Shown here piece by piece: positions 7,367 to 18,031 of a stretch of DNA of 37,403 nt (position 1 is the first letter of the stretch; the number at the start of each line of letters is the position of its first letter). Under the pieces are notes generated by a model, which saw nothing but the letters and a program-made list of their open reading frames with translations, had not been told where the DNA came from and did not search any database. Source of the stretch: an uncultured virus (IMG/VR IMGVR_UViG_3300050343_000259) (taxonomy: Duplodnaviria > Heunggongvirae > Uroviricota > Caudoviricetes); the IMG/VR virus record IMGVR_UViG_3300050343_000259; one strand, written 5' to 3'. Both the position numbers and the translations under genes were made by a program.

Positions 7367-9592
7367 TTATTTTAATGCTTCAATTTTTTCTTTAATAATT
7401 CTTATTTCTTCTTCGGCTTCTTCATCCTCTCCAACCATATCTACATACTCTTGCAAAGCAAGAAGTTCAGTATTTAATTCTCTTGTCTGAATAGTTCTTT
7501 CATCTTCTACTACTACTATTGGCTCTTCAGGATTATCTAAATCAATTATAATATCTTCTTCAGGTTTCTCTTCTACCCTTTCATCAATTTTTGCAGGAGC
7601 AATTTCTTCTCTGCTTCCAATCATTTTTCCTTCCAAAGTCAATACAGGGTCTAAAGTTTCAATCTTTTCTATGACCTCATCATAATCCCATACTTCACTT
7701 GGGTATCTACCTGCCGGTATATTTATGTAAGTGCCTCTAAATTTAAGTTCTTCTTGTTTTTTATTCTCCCTTTCAAGAAATGCTAAATCTTGTTTTTCTT
7801 CTTCCCAAACCCCTTTGCTTGTTTCTTTCATTGTAGTAGGGGCTTTGCTTCTAATTGCTCCCTGTACTGCTAATAAATTATTATTGGCATCTACTATCTG
7901 AAAAAATACAATTGGAGAGCCTACATAAGGAGATTCGTTTGGACCTAAAATCCTAATGTTATCTTCTCCATACATAGAGCATATATATCTATAGTCCTGA
8001 CCATTTATAGCATAATTAAAGTTTGGGTTTATTGTTCCTGCTATATAAAGTTCTTTTCTATCTAAATCCCTAAACATTATCTTGTCTTTTGTAGAGCCTC
8101 TCTGCTCTCTAGCTTCGTGCATTTTTCTAATGCTCAAGTTTCCTCCTGCTCCAAAAGGCAAATATTGTTGATACTCTCTAAAGTTTTGTTCTTGTTGCCA
8201 CTTCATTGAGAATGAATCTTCTTGAATTGCATCATCAACACCCATAGCTTGTAATTCTGTACTTGGTATTGCTAGTGCAAATGTTATGTCTTGAACAAAT
8301 GGTTTGGTATGATATAATGTGGTTCCATTAAATGAAGAATAGAATGTTTTTTTAGCATTTTTTAATTCTTTCCCTAAATCATTCATATAATACATAAAAG
8401 GCTTAAAAGAAGGATTTAAAAGGGGTTGACCTGTCATATTATAAGATAACATAACACTACCCAATCCTGTAGGCTTATAATTAATATCCAAGAAATTATC
8501 CTTTACTAATTCTTCTAATATATTTTCTGAATGCCTTACATTTCCAATTCCTTCAATGTAGAAACTTTGAGTTTTTATGTTATCTTCAATTTGTGCTTTT
8601 ACATTTCTGTCTACATTCAAATTAGAATGAACTTCTTTACACATTTGTAGTGTGCATATTTTTTCTAGCGGAGTATATAATGAAAAATATTTTGTTATGT
8701 AATTAGATGCGTATGCAATAGATTTTGATTGCTGCAATATTTCCGCTTCTTTCCATAGTATATCTAATTTTATTGAAGATAATATGTAAGGTGTATTGTA
8801 TAAAAATTCATCATCTACCTTTGAATAAGAATCTACATCCATATCCCAAGCATCTTTAAATACATTAAATATTGTTTCTAACGATTTTTCGTTGTCATTC
8901 AACATATAAACTTTTAAGTCTTGGCTTGAAGATTGAAATAGGTTTTCATAACTATATCTTTCTTCTGAAGTTTCGATAATTATTCTACCCATTCCTTTTA
9001 ACTTGAATAGTGCAAAATGTTTAGATGCATAAGTTGTATAGTAAAATTTACAACCCTGTTTCATCATAGCTAAAGCTAGTTTGAACTCACTTTGCTTAAA
9101 AGAATCATAATTCCAAGTTATTCCAACAAACCTATCTTCTTCATCAAAATCTTCTTTTGTTCTAGTTGGTATGTCCTGTCCAATTAATTTAGGTTTTACT
9201 GACTCATCTTCTTCAATAATTTCCTCAATTCTTTTTTGGTCAATTTGATATTTATCAGACAGTTCTTTTATTTCTCTTTCTAAATCTTCTTCTATTTCTT
9301 CTCTTTCTTCTATTGGTAATGCAACTCCTTTTTTAGGAAGTAAGGAAAGGTCAAGTTGAGCAAGTGGATTAGTATAAGTTTTATTAAACCTTTCAATGCT
9401 TTCCGGCTTAAACAAGAAAGTATCGAATGTATTCATAAGTAACTCGTATTGCTCTTCAATTTGAGGAGAAACACCCTTTTTAACTTTTTTATCTAAACTT
9501 TGTAACTCTTTTAAAAAAGAATCATATCTAGGATAAACTGAATACAGTTGTTCAATTGTTACATTAGGAAATGTGTCTAAAAACTTTCTCAT
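7367..9592 (-). CDS. Hypothetical 741-aa protein with acidic helical C-terminus
   Basis: Long ORF, tightly packed with neighbours; no motif recognised. Confidence 0.8.
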   Translation of the reverse strand: MRKFLDTFPNVTIEQLYSVYPRYDSFLKELQSLDKKVKKGVSPQIEEQYELLMNTFDTFLFKPESIERFNKTYTNPLAQLDLSLLPKKGVALPIEEREEIEEDLEREIKELSDKYQIDQKRIEEIIEEDESVKPKLIGQDIPTRTKEDFDEEDRFVGITWNYDSFKQSEFKLALAMMKQGCKFYYTTYASKHFALFKLKGMGRIIIETSEERYSYENLFQSSSQDLKVYMLNDNEKSLETIFNVFKDAWDMDVDSYSKVDDEFLYNTPYILSSIKLDILWKEAEILQQSKSIAYASNYITKYFSLYTPLEKICTLQMCKEVHSNLNVDRNVKAQIEDNIKTQSFYIEGIGNVRHSENILEELVKDNFLDINYKPTGLGSVMLSYNMTGQPLLNPSFKPFMYYMNDLGKELKNAKKTFYSSFNGTTLYHTKPFVQDITFALAIPSTELQAMGVDDAIQEDSFSMKWQQEQNFREYQQYLPFGAGGNLSIRKMHEAREQRGSTKDKIMFRDLDRKELYIAGTINPNFNYAINGQDYRYICSMYGEDNIRILGPNESPYVGSPIVFFQIVDANNNLLAVQGAIRSKAPTTMKETSKGVWEEEKQDLAFLERENKKQEELKFRGTYINIPAGRYPSEVWDYDEVIEKIETLDPVLTLEGKMIGSREEIAPAKIDERVEEKPEEDIIIDLDNPEEPIVVVEDERTIQTRELNTELLALQEYVDMVGEDEEAEEEIRIIKEKIEALK

Positions 9593-9600
9593 TTTTTATT

Positions 9601-12600
9601 TTATTTTACTCTTATTTTTAATAATGGCATAGACCTATTAAAATTTTCAATTAATGTTTCAAGATTATCGCCTCTATTTTTTGAGTTCGCCTCTTGAATT
9701 TCCTTCTCTACTACTCTTCTTTTTTCTTTCCACTTTTTCTCGCTATCTAATTCTTGTTGACCTTCGATTATTTTATTAGATGCACTACTTATTAATTCAT
9801 CAATATCGTAGATAGAATAATTCTCCTTTGTTTTTTCATCTTTTACTTGATTCTCAATTAAGTAGTAATAGTTCGACATAATACTTTCATTTTCAGAACC
9901 TGTTACAAATTCATTTACTCTTCTTACCAAAGCATCATAAGTAAAGCCTTTTTTGCCTGTTTGATTTCCAAAAATTACTTTAACAATTTGCTTTCCTAAA
10001 GAAGATTCCTCGGTTGTCCTTGACATTTCTAAATTTTGCTCATCAGGTTCTAAATCAAGAATAGTTTGAATTTCTCCTTTTCTTGCCCTAATCATTCTTC
10101 TTACTTTATCAGCTACTTCATTAACCTCTGTCATTTGTGATGAGGAGTTTAGGTATATATCTTGATTTTCTAATATTATATTATTATTATCAATTTCTTT
10201 TTGAATAATATCAATTGCATCACTCATAGAAACCGGAACAAATTTATTCTCTTCTTTCCAAGCACTTCCTCTTCCTCTACTATCTACTTGATACTCATAT
10301 TGTTTTTGAATATCTAATCTTGTCTTTTCTTTGTCAGCTAACATTCTAATCTCTCTGTCTATCACTAATTTGTATAGTTTATTCATAGTGAAAACATATC
10401 TATCATAAGAGGTTTTAACCTCACCATAATTGTTTTTAATGGTATTTAATTTACCTTTTATATCAGAATATCTTGAAACCTTTGCGTTCAATTCATCAAC
10501 TTTATCTTGCCAAGCTAAATCAGTTAATTGGTCAATATCAGAGATTATGTTTCTAATTCTTTCTTTAGCATTTATAGTGTATTGTGTTTTATTTAATTCA
10601 TAAACACCCTGCTCTAGCATTACTTTAATTTCATTAATCTTCGTTTGAAGTTTTGAATAAATAAATGCATCTATGCTATCTCTACCAAGAACATATACTA
10701 TTCGTACAAACTCCCACATATTTCCTTGCCTCCAAATTCTACCCTCTAATTGCATAGCATTAGATGGAGAAAAATCACTATCTAAAACATATAAAGTATG
10801 TGCCCTTTTGTTCAAATCAATTCCTTCCTTAATAGCAGATGAACCTATTAGTATTTTTATTCTTCCATCATTAAACTTATCTCTAATATCCTCTCTAGTT
10901 CCAATTTTTTTCTTATCACCATTTTCATCTAACATTACATTATTAAATTTGTCAGTAGCATCAACAGTTTTTGACATACCTCCTGTAATAATTCCTATTT
11001 GGTCTTTAGTGATAACCTTTTCCTTTTCTTCAATATTATCGTAGTATTTTACATTTCTATCTACTATATATGTTTCAATCATTTCATATAAATTATAGTA
11101 GTTACCACCATACTTCATACTTTTTCCTTTATTAACATAAATTATTTGACCACCGACCTGTTTGTCATTGGCAATAGATTTAGAGTCGTTAGTAATAGTG
11201 TTAATAGCACATTCGATTGCATACTTTATTTTAGGGCTATTTTCCACAAAGTTTTTAGCTGATTTAGACTTGTCATCCGGATATAATGGAAAGTCTTTTA
11301 AAAGGTCATTAGGAGTGTTTCCTGACTTATCACATTTAAGTAAATAAGGAGAGATAACACATAGTTGACCAAATCCTTGCCCTACTATTGCTCTAGCTAA
11401 TCTTACTTCGTTTTTGCTATTTACAGTTAAGTCTATATCTTGATAATTACTATCGTATAAACTCTCTTCATCTGCCATATCTTTAAGTGTTTCAGGCTCA
11501 AACAATGCCTTGTCTACTTTAGATTGTTTACTAGCAATTCTTCCATCTTCAGGATATTTTTCTCTTAATTCTACTAATATTTTTCTTGCGTTATGAAATA
11601 ATTCTATCCACTCATTACTTTCTTGCTCTTCTTCTTTTGCTTTTTTAAGAATTGCATTTACTTCTTCTATTGACTCTTCTACTTCTTCATTAGCATAAGT
11701 TATCAAGCCTGTTTCTTCTTCAACTTTTATTGCCTCTCCATAATTAGGACAGTATTCAAATGGAATATCAATTTTCCCCTCAACATATTCTGCTATTTTC
11801 TTTAGAATTTGTTTTTGAACATCACTTAATTCAATATAACTAGAAACATTTTGAAGTTCAGGTGCCCATTGAACAGATGATGTATTTGCACCTGCTTGAA
11901 AACCTCCATCAGCCCCATCTTGAGGTATAATATACTTTAGTGGTCTTGTAGCTTCTATAATCTTATCAGATACCTTAAAGTTAGCCATAGACTTAATAAA
12001 GTTAGCCATAGCTGCACTATTATAATAGCTTTTAATTTCAGGAAATAATCCAAAAGTTTGTCTGTGAGTAATGTTATATCTCCACTCTTCTTTTACAAAT
12101 GTTACAAAGAAGTCCCAAACAGACATAATGTTACTATCTTTCATCTTTTCAAGATTAGTCATACCAAATACAGAAAACATTTGAAATATATTATCTGTAA
12201 AAGGAGTAGCAGACATTAGTATCGTATTGTTAACATTTTGATTCTCTTCTTTAGATTGAATTTGAAATACTAAAGCCATTAAATTAGATGGAGCAGTAGT
12301 TAAACTTCCCTTACCTGATGAATAATACTTTAATCTATAAGCTGCTTGAGCCTCGTATTTTTCTGTTTTTATATTTCTTTTAAAAGGATGATGGTAGTTA
12401 GTATTATCTTCTATCTGAAGTCCTTGAGTAGAGTTTATATTCTCTCCATCCGGTAAAAATTTAAGAGCCGCACTTGCACTCATTGTTGGTAATATGTGGA
12501 AGTCCTTGTCAACCTTTTTCTGACCACCCCTTAATGGTGCAACATTGGAAAGCATATGCTCTCTTGGCTTACTAATAAGATTATTGAAATTATGTATTTC

Positions 12601-15600
12601 ATCTACACAAATCCCATCAATATTTAATTTTCTTAATGATAAAGGTTGATTTGCTAAATTATCAAAGAACCTGTTAGTGCTCTTATTAACATATCTTACA
12701 TCTTCTACATTTTGAACATACATCTTAGCCTTTTCTCTAGCTTTTGAAGTAGCACGGAATTGTTTAATAGCTTGATGAGAACAAAGCACAATTTTATTTG
12801 GTTTTAAAACTTCAGGTCTGTAGATGCCTAATACATCAATTAACATACCTTCAATCTTTTTTAATAAAGCCGTAACTTTTCCTGTATTCTTACTACCTAT
12901 AGGATTAAAGAACTCTAAACCTACTTTGTTTTCAAGTGATTTAATTTTACTAACTCCTATTTCTGTCAATGCACCTTCCCATTCTGTATTTAAGGCTTTT
13001 GTTTCAGAAACAATTTTATCATACTGTGCTTGAGTAATCACACCATCTTTAAGTGCATCCGAAGGATTATCTATCCACCCTTTTTGTGGATATGAACTTT
13101 GTGCAATAGCATAGTTTTCTATATTCTTATTTGCTTTAGGGTCTGCTTTTTTCCACCATTCTTGTATTGACTGTGGATATTCTTTTATTTTCAGTTTTTT
13201 ATCGCCTGTAAAGTCCTGATAAGTATATCTATATCCCGTTTTAATTCTTTCAAATTCACTATCTACTTGTGCAATATTATAATCAATTAACCTTTTGATT
13301 TTATTAATTATTTCTTCACTTGCCTCTTGTATTGGTCCATCATCAAATAGCTGAGGTATTTTTGTAGGTAAGTAATCAAATAAGAACTCTTCATACCATT
13401 CTTCTGCACTTGACTTTATAGAGGTTTCAGAAAATCTTCCTCCTTCTACTTTTCCATTACTAAACTTAATAATTGGTAAAGTGTCCTCCGGTAAAAATGT
13501 GGCTCTACCTGCCGGTAAGTTTGATATTTGTTTTTTTACTTCAGCTAAAACACCCTCGCCTTTTCTTCCATTCCAAGCATCTATAATTTGCAATTCTTCC
13601 TCATTATATTCTTTTAAGCCTTGTTTATCTTTAGTTCCAAATAATATTTTTTGAGAACCATTTCCAAACATTACTACATTAACCGCATCTTTATTGTTTT
13701 CTCTTTTGTTCTTTTCAATTACTTGCCAATTTGATAGTAAGCCTAAAACACCTGTTGTATCTCTACCAATAATTTCATCAGCAAATTTTTCATAAACTTG
13801 ATTAGGAGTAAATACAATTGTTCTTTTGCTTTCTCCTGTCAAAATCATATGTGACATCATTGCAATAGAAGTAGTTGTTTTACCAAATCCTACCTCGTGA
13901 GCCAATAGACCTGCGTTTTTGTTAGCAACGGAAAATTTCATTCCCTCAACTTGTGCTTCTCGTAAATTAAATAAGAAAGGTCTTGGCATTTTACCAAACC
14001 ATCTTGAGTGCTCTACAAATATTGGAAATTTTGTATAGTCTGAAATTGCCATATTATTGTATGTAGAGTTCCATAGTTTCTCCAAATAAATACGATAATC
14101 AGGCTTTAATTGTGTTTTACAAAATGCGGTAAATAATGTATTACCTTCAACAATAATATCACTTTCAAGTTTTTTGTATTTGTCTGTAATTACATTATAA
14201 ATTCTTTTTGCTTCCTCCTCAGTTATTGGAGTAAACATTTGCTTAACTGTAATTGTATTTTCTCTGTCTTTTGGGTCTGCAATTTTTAACTCAACTTCTA
14301 CTTTAGGTTTATCTTCTACTAAACCTACTTTTATAAGATTCTCTCTACTTTGCTGAGTTAAGTTGCTAAATTGATAACGGTCACTCTTTTTATATAAATT
14401 ACTTCTTGTAAATGTTTTTTGACTCTTTACTAATTCAGGAATAAATTCTAAGGGTGCCTTTATGTTACTACCATCTTCAATTATTTTTTCAAATTTTGGA
14501 AGAATATGTTTCGTTATGAATTGTGCGGATGGAATAGGAAAAACATATCCCTCTATCAATAAAAACTCATTCTGCTTTAAGAACGGGTTGCTTATAAAAT
14601 CAATGCCTTTTCCGAACATTATCCATTCATAAAATTTCTTTAAGTGATTATTAGTTAAGTTAAGAGGGTTGTTTCTCTTAAACTCATCATAGGCAGTTTG
14701 TCTTGAAGAACCTCCTATTTTAATTGGGTTATACATATTATCCCCTTGCTCTACAGTAGATATTTTTACTTTTCCATCTCTGAAAACACCATAACCTTTT
14801 CCAATTCTACCAACAAAACCATCATCACTAGCAAAGAATATAGGATTATGAACATTTACAATAAGATTTTTATTTGGGTCTTTATCTCCAAATGAAAGAG
14901 GCTCAGGTATTGCTTTTTCAAGAATTGCAAATTGATTGTCTATAATTATGTTTCCTTTATTCTCTCCGTAATATTTTCTTATATTATCTGATAATTCTCC
15001 TTGTAGTTTATTAAGTTTTTTATAAACATCTCCCGATACATATTCATAACTGTATGAATACTTTCTATTTGTTACTTGACCTGAACCAATAGCAATATCA
15101 AATTCTTCAATACAAATGTGTCCTTCTTGTAATAGTATTGGAAACAGTTTTTTTGAAAAAACAAAATAATCAATACCTAAAATTCTTTGACATAATTTTC
15201 TGAAATAACTAGAATTATCTCTTGAACTTCCTCCTTTTGTAACAAAATAAGCCAACACTTCTTTGATTGTCATATTTTGATTATTCTTCCAAAAAGTTTC
15301 TCTTACATCATATATGTAAAAATAATCAGGATTACTCCATTGAAAATTTCCATCTTTGTTTTTATAATACTTGCCCTCAGATGCATCAAGTGACCATTTT
15401 GGATTCTTTTTGTTTTGCCAAACTAAATTAAATTTTCCTGACTTATCCTTAATTTGAACTTGTTCAGCATAAGTATAAATGTATGATGTTATACTTTTTA
15501 AAAGTAATTTGTAAAAAAGTTCACCATCTTGAATATCAATAAGTTTAGATTGTCTTTGAATTGATTCTTCTAATCCCTCTGATTCTTCAATAACATTCTC

Positions 15601-17028
15601 AGCTAATAAAACAGGTCTTACATCTTGTTCTTCAAATAATAATGTCTTTTGCTGAATTGATAATGATGGCTTAAAAAGTTCAGCATAAATTATGTGTTCA
15701 GAGTTAGATAAGAAATCAGAAGAAATTCCTTTGCAATATCCATACTGCTCTGCGTTCTTATTTACAAAATAAGCCTCATTTTTATTTTCATTAAAATAAA
15801 TATCTATTATATCTTCTTTGTTATCTCCATAAGTAGCACAAGACAAAGCAAAAAATAAATCGTTTGACCTAACATTAATAAATGATTCGTTTTGTTTATC
15901 AAAATATAATTTAGATGATATTGCATATTGACCTCTTTCTTTTTTAAAGATATTATTAGAGGCATCGTAAAAGTTTCTACTAATACAACTAAAAGGCATT
16001 ACATTTTGCAAAATTTCTTTACCTCTTATTCCTGTAACCTTTGTGTATTTTTCATTAACCGGAAGAGATTCAACTAAATCTGTTTGCTTTTGTATTTTTT
16101 CTAAATCTTTTTCGGTGCAACTAGCTTTATCTGAAATTTGCATTAATGATATATCACTTGCTTCTTTATTAATTGTGTCTTTAGTAAAGAAACCTGTAAA
16201 ATAAGATTGGTCTGTAGATGATTCTAAAGAAAGTGGAGAGCAATTGTAGTCGTATTCTTCAGTTAATTGTAAAGATTTAGAAATATAGGTTTTTGCATTT
16301 TTTATGTAGCCTCTTGCTCTTGTTAACTTATAATCTAACTTTATACTATCATTGTCATTATTGACAACTATCTGAAAATATTTTCCTGTATTTGCAGCCG
16401 TAGAATCGGTAAATTTAAGATTTACAGGCGATAAGGCTATTGCCATTTCTTTGATTTCCTGAATTCCAAGTGCTTCACCTGTGTAATCTATATAATGCTT
16501 GTAAGTTCCTGTATTTATGGAGTTTATAATTCCATATGGTAAAGATTCAAAATTTAAATTAGTGTATATTTTATCATAAGTTGATGGTCTTTCACCTAAA
16601 GTTTGAAATGTAGTGTTTAGTACACTATAATTTATAAGGTTGGCAAGAGCATCAACCAAAAATTCATATTGTGCATTAGTATATAACTTATCAATTAATT
16701 TTCTCACATCAGGGTCTTTTTTACCCTCCTCTGTTAAAATTCTTGCTTTAAAATATTCCGACTTTTGCTTTCCTTTTAAGTTGGATTCTATTTTTAAGTC
16801 TTTCCAATATTGTGTGTTAATTCCAAAATCTGCTTTTACAAGTCCTTCTGTTGAGAATCTAGTATTTGTATCTACAAAAGGGCTACAATTACCATATAAA
16901 AATCTAGGGTTTCTTGAAACATACTTAGCTATGACATACATATCTTCGTTTTTCAACAAAGTATTATACTCAACCTCTTTATTTAGATTCTCTACTATTT
17001 CGCTTATGTAATTTAATATTCTTGCCAT
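9601..17028 (-). CDS. Giant SNF2/SF2 helicase, DarB/polyvalent-protein type, with no recognisable methyltransferase domain
   Basis: Motif I LLAHEVGFGKT, II VDEIHNF, III LMSATP, V LIGSSAIKEGIDL, VI QLEGRIWRQGN; family-typical EYVSGDVYKKL and SIDAFIYSKLQTK. Confidence 0.9.
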   Translation of the reverse strand: MARILNYISEIVENLNKEVEYNTLLKNEDMYVIAKYVSRNPRFLYGNCSPFVDTNTRFSTEGLVKADFGINTQYWKDLKIESNLKGKQKSEYFKARILTEEGKKDPDVRKLIDKLYTNAQYEFLVDALANLINYSVLNTTFQTLGERPSTYDKIYTNLNFESLPYGIINSINTGTYKHYIDYTGEALGIQEIKEMAIALSPVNLKFTDSTAANTGKYFQIVVNNDNDSIKLDYKLTRARGYIKNAKTYISKSLQLTEEYDYNCSPLSLESSTDQSYFTGFFTKDTINKEASDISLMQISDKASCTEKDLEKIQKQTDLVESLPVNEKYTKVTGIRGKEILQNVMPFSCISRNFYDASNNIFKKERGQYAISSKLYFDKQNESFINVRSNDLFFALSCATYGDNKEDIIDIYFNENKNEAYFVNKNAEQYGYCKGISSDFLSNSEHIIYAELFKPSLSIQQKTLLFEEQDVRPVLLAENVIEESEGLEESIQRQSKLIDIQDGELFYKLLLKSITSYIYTYAEQVQIKDKSGKFNLVWQNKKNPKWSLDASEGKYYKNKDGNFQWSNPDYFYIYDVRETFWKNNQNMTIKEVLAYFVTKGGSSRDNSSYFRKLCQRILGIDYFVFSKKLFPILLQEGHICIEEFDIAIGSGQVTNRKYSYSYEYVSGDVYKKLNKLQGELSDNIRKYYGENKGNIIIDNQFAILEKAIPEPLSFGDKDPNKNLIVNVHNPIFFASDDGFVGRIGKGYGVFRDGKVKISTVEQGDNMYNPIKIGGSSRQTAYDEFKRNNPLNLTNNHLKKFYEWIMFGKGIDFISNPFLKQNEFLLIEGYVFPIPSAQFITKHILPKFEKIIEDGSNIKAPLEFIPELVKSQKTFTRSNLYKKSDRYQFSNLTQQSRENLIKVGLVEDKPKVEVELKIADPKDRENTITVKQMFTPITEEEAKRIYNVITDKYKKLESDIIVEGNTLFTAFCKTQLKPDYRIYLEKLWNSTYNNMAISDYTKFPIFVEHSRWFGKMPRPFLFNLREAQVEGMKFSVANKNAGLLAHEVGFGKTTTSIAMMSHMILTGESKRTIVFTPNQVYEKFADEIIGRDTTGVLGLLSNWQVIEKNKRENNKDAVNVVMFGNGSQKILFGTKDKQGLKEYNEEELQIIDAWNGRKGEGVLAEVKKQISNLPAGRATFLPEDTLPIIKFSNGKVEGGRFSETSIKSSAEEWYEEFLFDYLPTKIPQLFDDGPIQEASEEIINKIKRLIDYNIAQVDSEFERIKTGYRYTYQDFTGDKKLKIKEYPQSIQEWWKKADPKANKNIENYAIAQSSYPQKGWIDNPSDALKDGVITQAQYDKIVSETKALNTEWEGALTEIGVSKIKSLENKVGLEFFNPIGSKNTGKVTALLKKIEGMLIDVLGIYRPEVLKPNKIVLCSHQAIKQFRATSKAREKAKMYVQNVEDVRYVNKSTNRFFDNLANQPLSLRKLNIDGICVDEIHNFNNLISKPREHMLSNVAPLRGGQKKVDKDFHILPTMSASAALKFLPDGENINSTQGLQIEDNTNYHHPFKRNIKTEKYEAQAAYRLKYYSSGKGSLTTAPSNLMALVFQIQSKEENQNVNNTILMSATPFTDNIFQMFSVFGMTNLEKMKDSNIMSVWDFFVTFVKEEWRYNITHRQTFGLFPEIKSYYNSAAMANFIKSMANFKVSDKIIEATRPLKYIIPQDGADGGFQAGANTSSVQWAPELQNVSSYIELSDVQKQILKKIAEYVEGKIDIPFEYCPNYGEAIKVEEETGLITYANEEVEESIEEVNAILKKAKEEEQESNEWIELFHNARKILVELREKYPEDGRIASKQSKVDKALFEPETLKDMADEESLYDSNYQDIDLTVNSKNEVRLARAIVGQGFGQLCVISPYLLKCDKSGNTPNDLLKDFPLYPDDKSKSAKNFVENSPKIKYAIECAINTITNDSKSIANDKQVGGQIIYVNKGKSMKYGGNYYNLYEMIETYIVDRNVKYYDNIEEKEKVITKDQIGIITGGMSKTVDATDKFNNVMLDENGDKKKIGTREDIRDKFNDGRIKILIGSSAIKEGIDLNKRAHTLYVLDSDFSPSNAMQLEGRIWRQGNMWEFVRIVYVLGRDSIDAFIYSKLQTKINEIKVMLEQGVYELNKTQYTINAKERIRNIISDIDQLTDLAWQDKVDELNAKVSRYSDIKGKLNTIKNNYGEVKTSYDRYVFTMNKLYKLVIDREIRMLADKEKTRLDIQKQYEYQVDSRGRGSAWKEENKFVPVSMSDAIDIIQKEIDNNNIILENQDIYLNSSSQMTEVNEVADKVRRMIRARKGEIQTILDLEPDEQNLEMSRTTEESSLGKQIVKVIFGNQTGKKGFTYDALVRRVNEFVTGSENESIMSNYYYLIENQVKDEKTKENYSIYDIDELISSASNKIIEGQQELDSEKKWKEKRRVVEKEIQEANSKNRGDNLETLIENFNRSMPLLKIRVK

Positions 17029-17030
17029 AT

Positions 17031-17273
17031 TTAATCGTTCAATGTAACTTCAATAGAAGAAATAGCATCCTCTACTCTATAAACACCCATTGGGCTATAT
17101 ATGTTAGTTATAATTGTTTCTATTAATTCTACCTTACTATTGTCATTATCTATCTGCATACATATATTAGGAAATCTATTAGCATCTAATCGGCTTAATT
17201 TCTCTACTATTTCTGAAACAATAGCTTTCTTTTGCTGAATGTTTTTTATGCTATATAATTTAGGTAAATTCAT
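17031..17273 (-). CDS. Hypothetical protein
   Basis: 80-aa ORF; start overlaps the upstream stop (TAATG). Confidence 0.65.
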   Translation of the reverse strand: MNLPKLYSIKNIQQKKAIVSEIVEKLSRLDANRFPNICMQIDNDNSKVELIETIITNIYSPMGVYRVEDAISSIEVTLND

Positions 17274-17542
17274 TATTTTATGTATTCAAGGTTTAATTCT
17301 CCTTTATCATTTAATACCCAATACTTGTTTTCAGGTCCTTTACATAAAGGCAAGGTTTTAGTAAACTTCTTAAAATTTAAGGGCTCTGTTTTAATAGCAT
17401 CTAAATCTCTATCTGTTTTACCAATTAATTGTCTTTCTTGATAACCTATAATTTCTAATTCTGAAGCATCACTTGCTTCTAAAAAATCTATTGAAGTATT
17501 TTCAGTTGTATCTATTTTAAAATTTGGTGCTATATAAGCCAT
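17273..17542 (-). CDS. Hypothetical protein
   Basis: 89-aa ORF in operon packing. Confidence 0.65.
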   Translation of the reverse strand: MAYIAPNFKIDTTENTSIDFLEASDASELEIIGYQERQLIGKTDRDLDAIKTEPLNFKKFTKTLPLCKGPENKYWVLNDKGELNLEYIK

Positions 17543-17553
17543 ATCTATTTAAT

Positions 17554-18030
17554 TTAATAACATTCGTTTTGTATTTCTTCCATTTTATCAATTGAAGAGT
17601 ATATCGTATCTATTTCTGCTTGACTATTAGCAAAATTTAAGTCATTGTATAATTTTTCAAGCTGCAACTTTACAAATTTGCAATGTGCATTTCTAATGTT
17701 AACTTTAATTTCATCAGGAATACCTCTTTCATCAAAAGGGTGTGAATACCAAATGTTTCCTGAAGGGTCAAACTTATCTATTGTATCTCCTAATGGCAAT
17801 TCAGGTGAATCTTCTCCATCAGTATTATCTTCTACCGGCTCTTCATTTATATTATCTGAGTTCGGTACATATTGATTTATATTAGCACTATCAGGGTTTC
17901 CGACTGACCATTGAGCATCAGCATCAGCATCAGGATTAAAAACCTGACTGTTAAAAGTTGAATTACTTGAATATCCGCTTGAAACTGATAAACCTCCTCC
18001 CGATTGATTAAACCATAAATCTTTTTTCAT
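17554..18030 (-). CDS. Hypothetical acidic protein
   Basis: 158-aa ORF starting 1 nt after the upstream stop. Confidence 0.7.
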   Translation of the reverse strand: MKKDLWFNQSGGGLSVSSGYSSNSTFNSQVFNPDADADAQWSVGNPDSANINQYVPNSDNINEEPVEDNTDGEDSPELPLGDTIDKFDPSGNIWYSHPFDERGIPDEIKVNIRNAHCKFVKLQLEKLYNDLNFANSQAEIDTIYSSIDKMEEIQNECY

Positions 18031-18031
18031 A

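Noticed and set aside
12600..13900. Intein in the helicase between motifs I and II
   Set aside because: No C/S-start with His-Asn-C/S/T end and no LAGLIDADG motif recognised.
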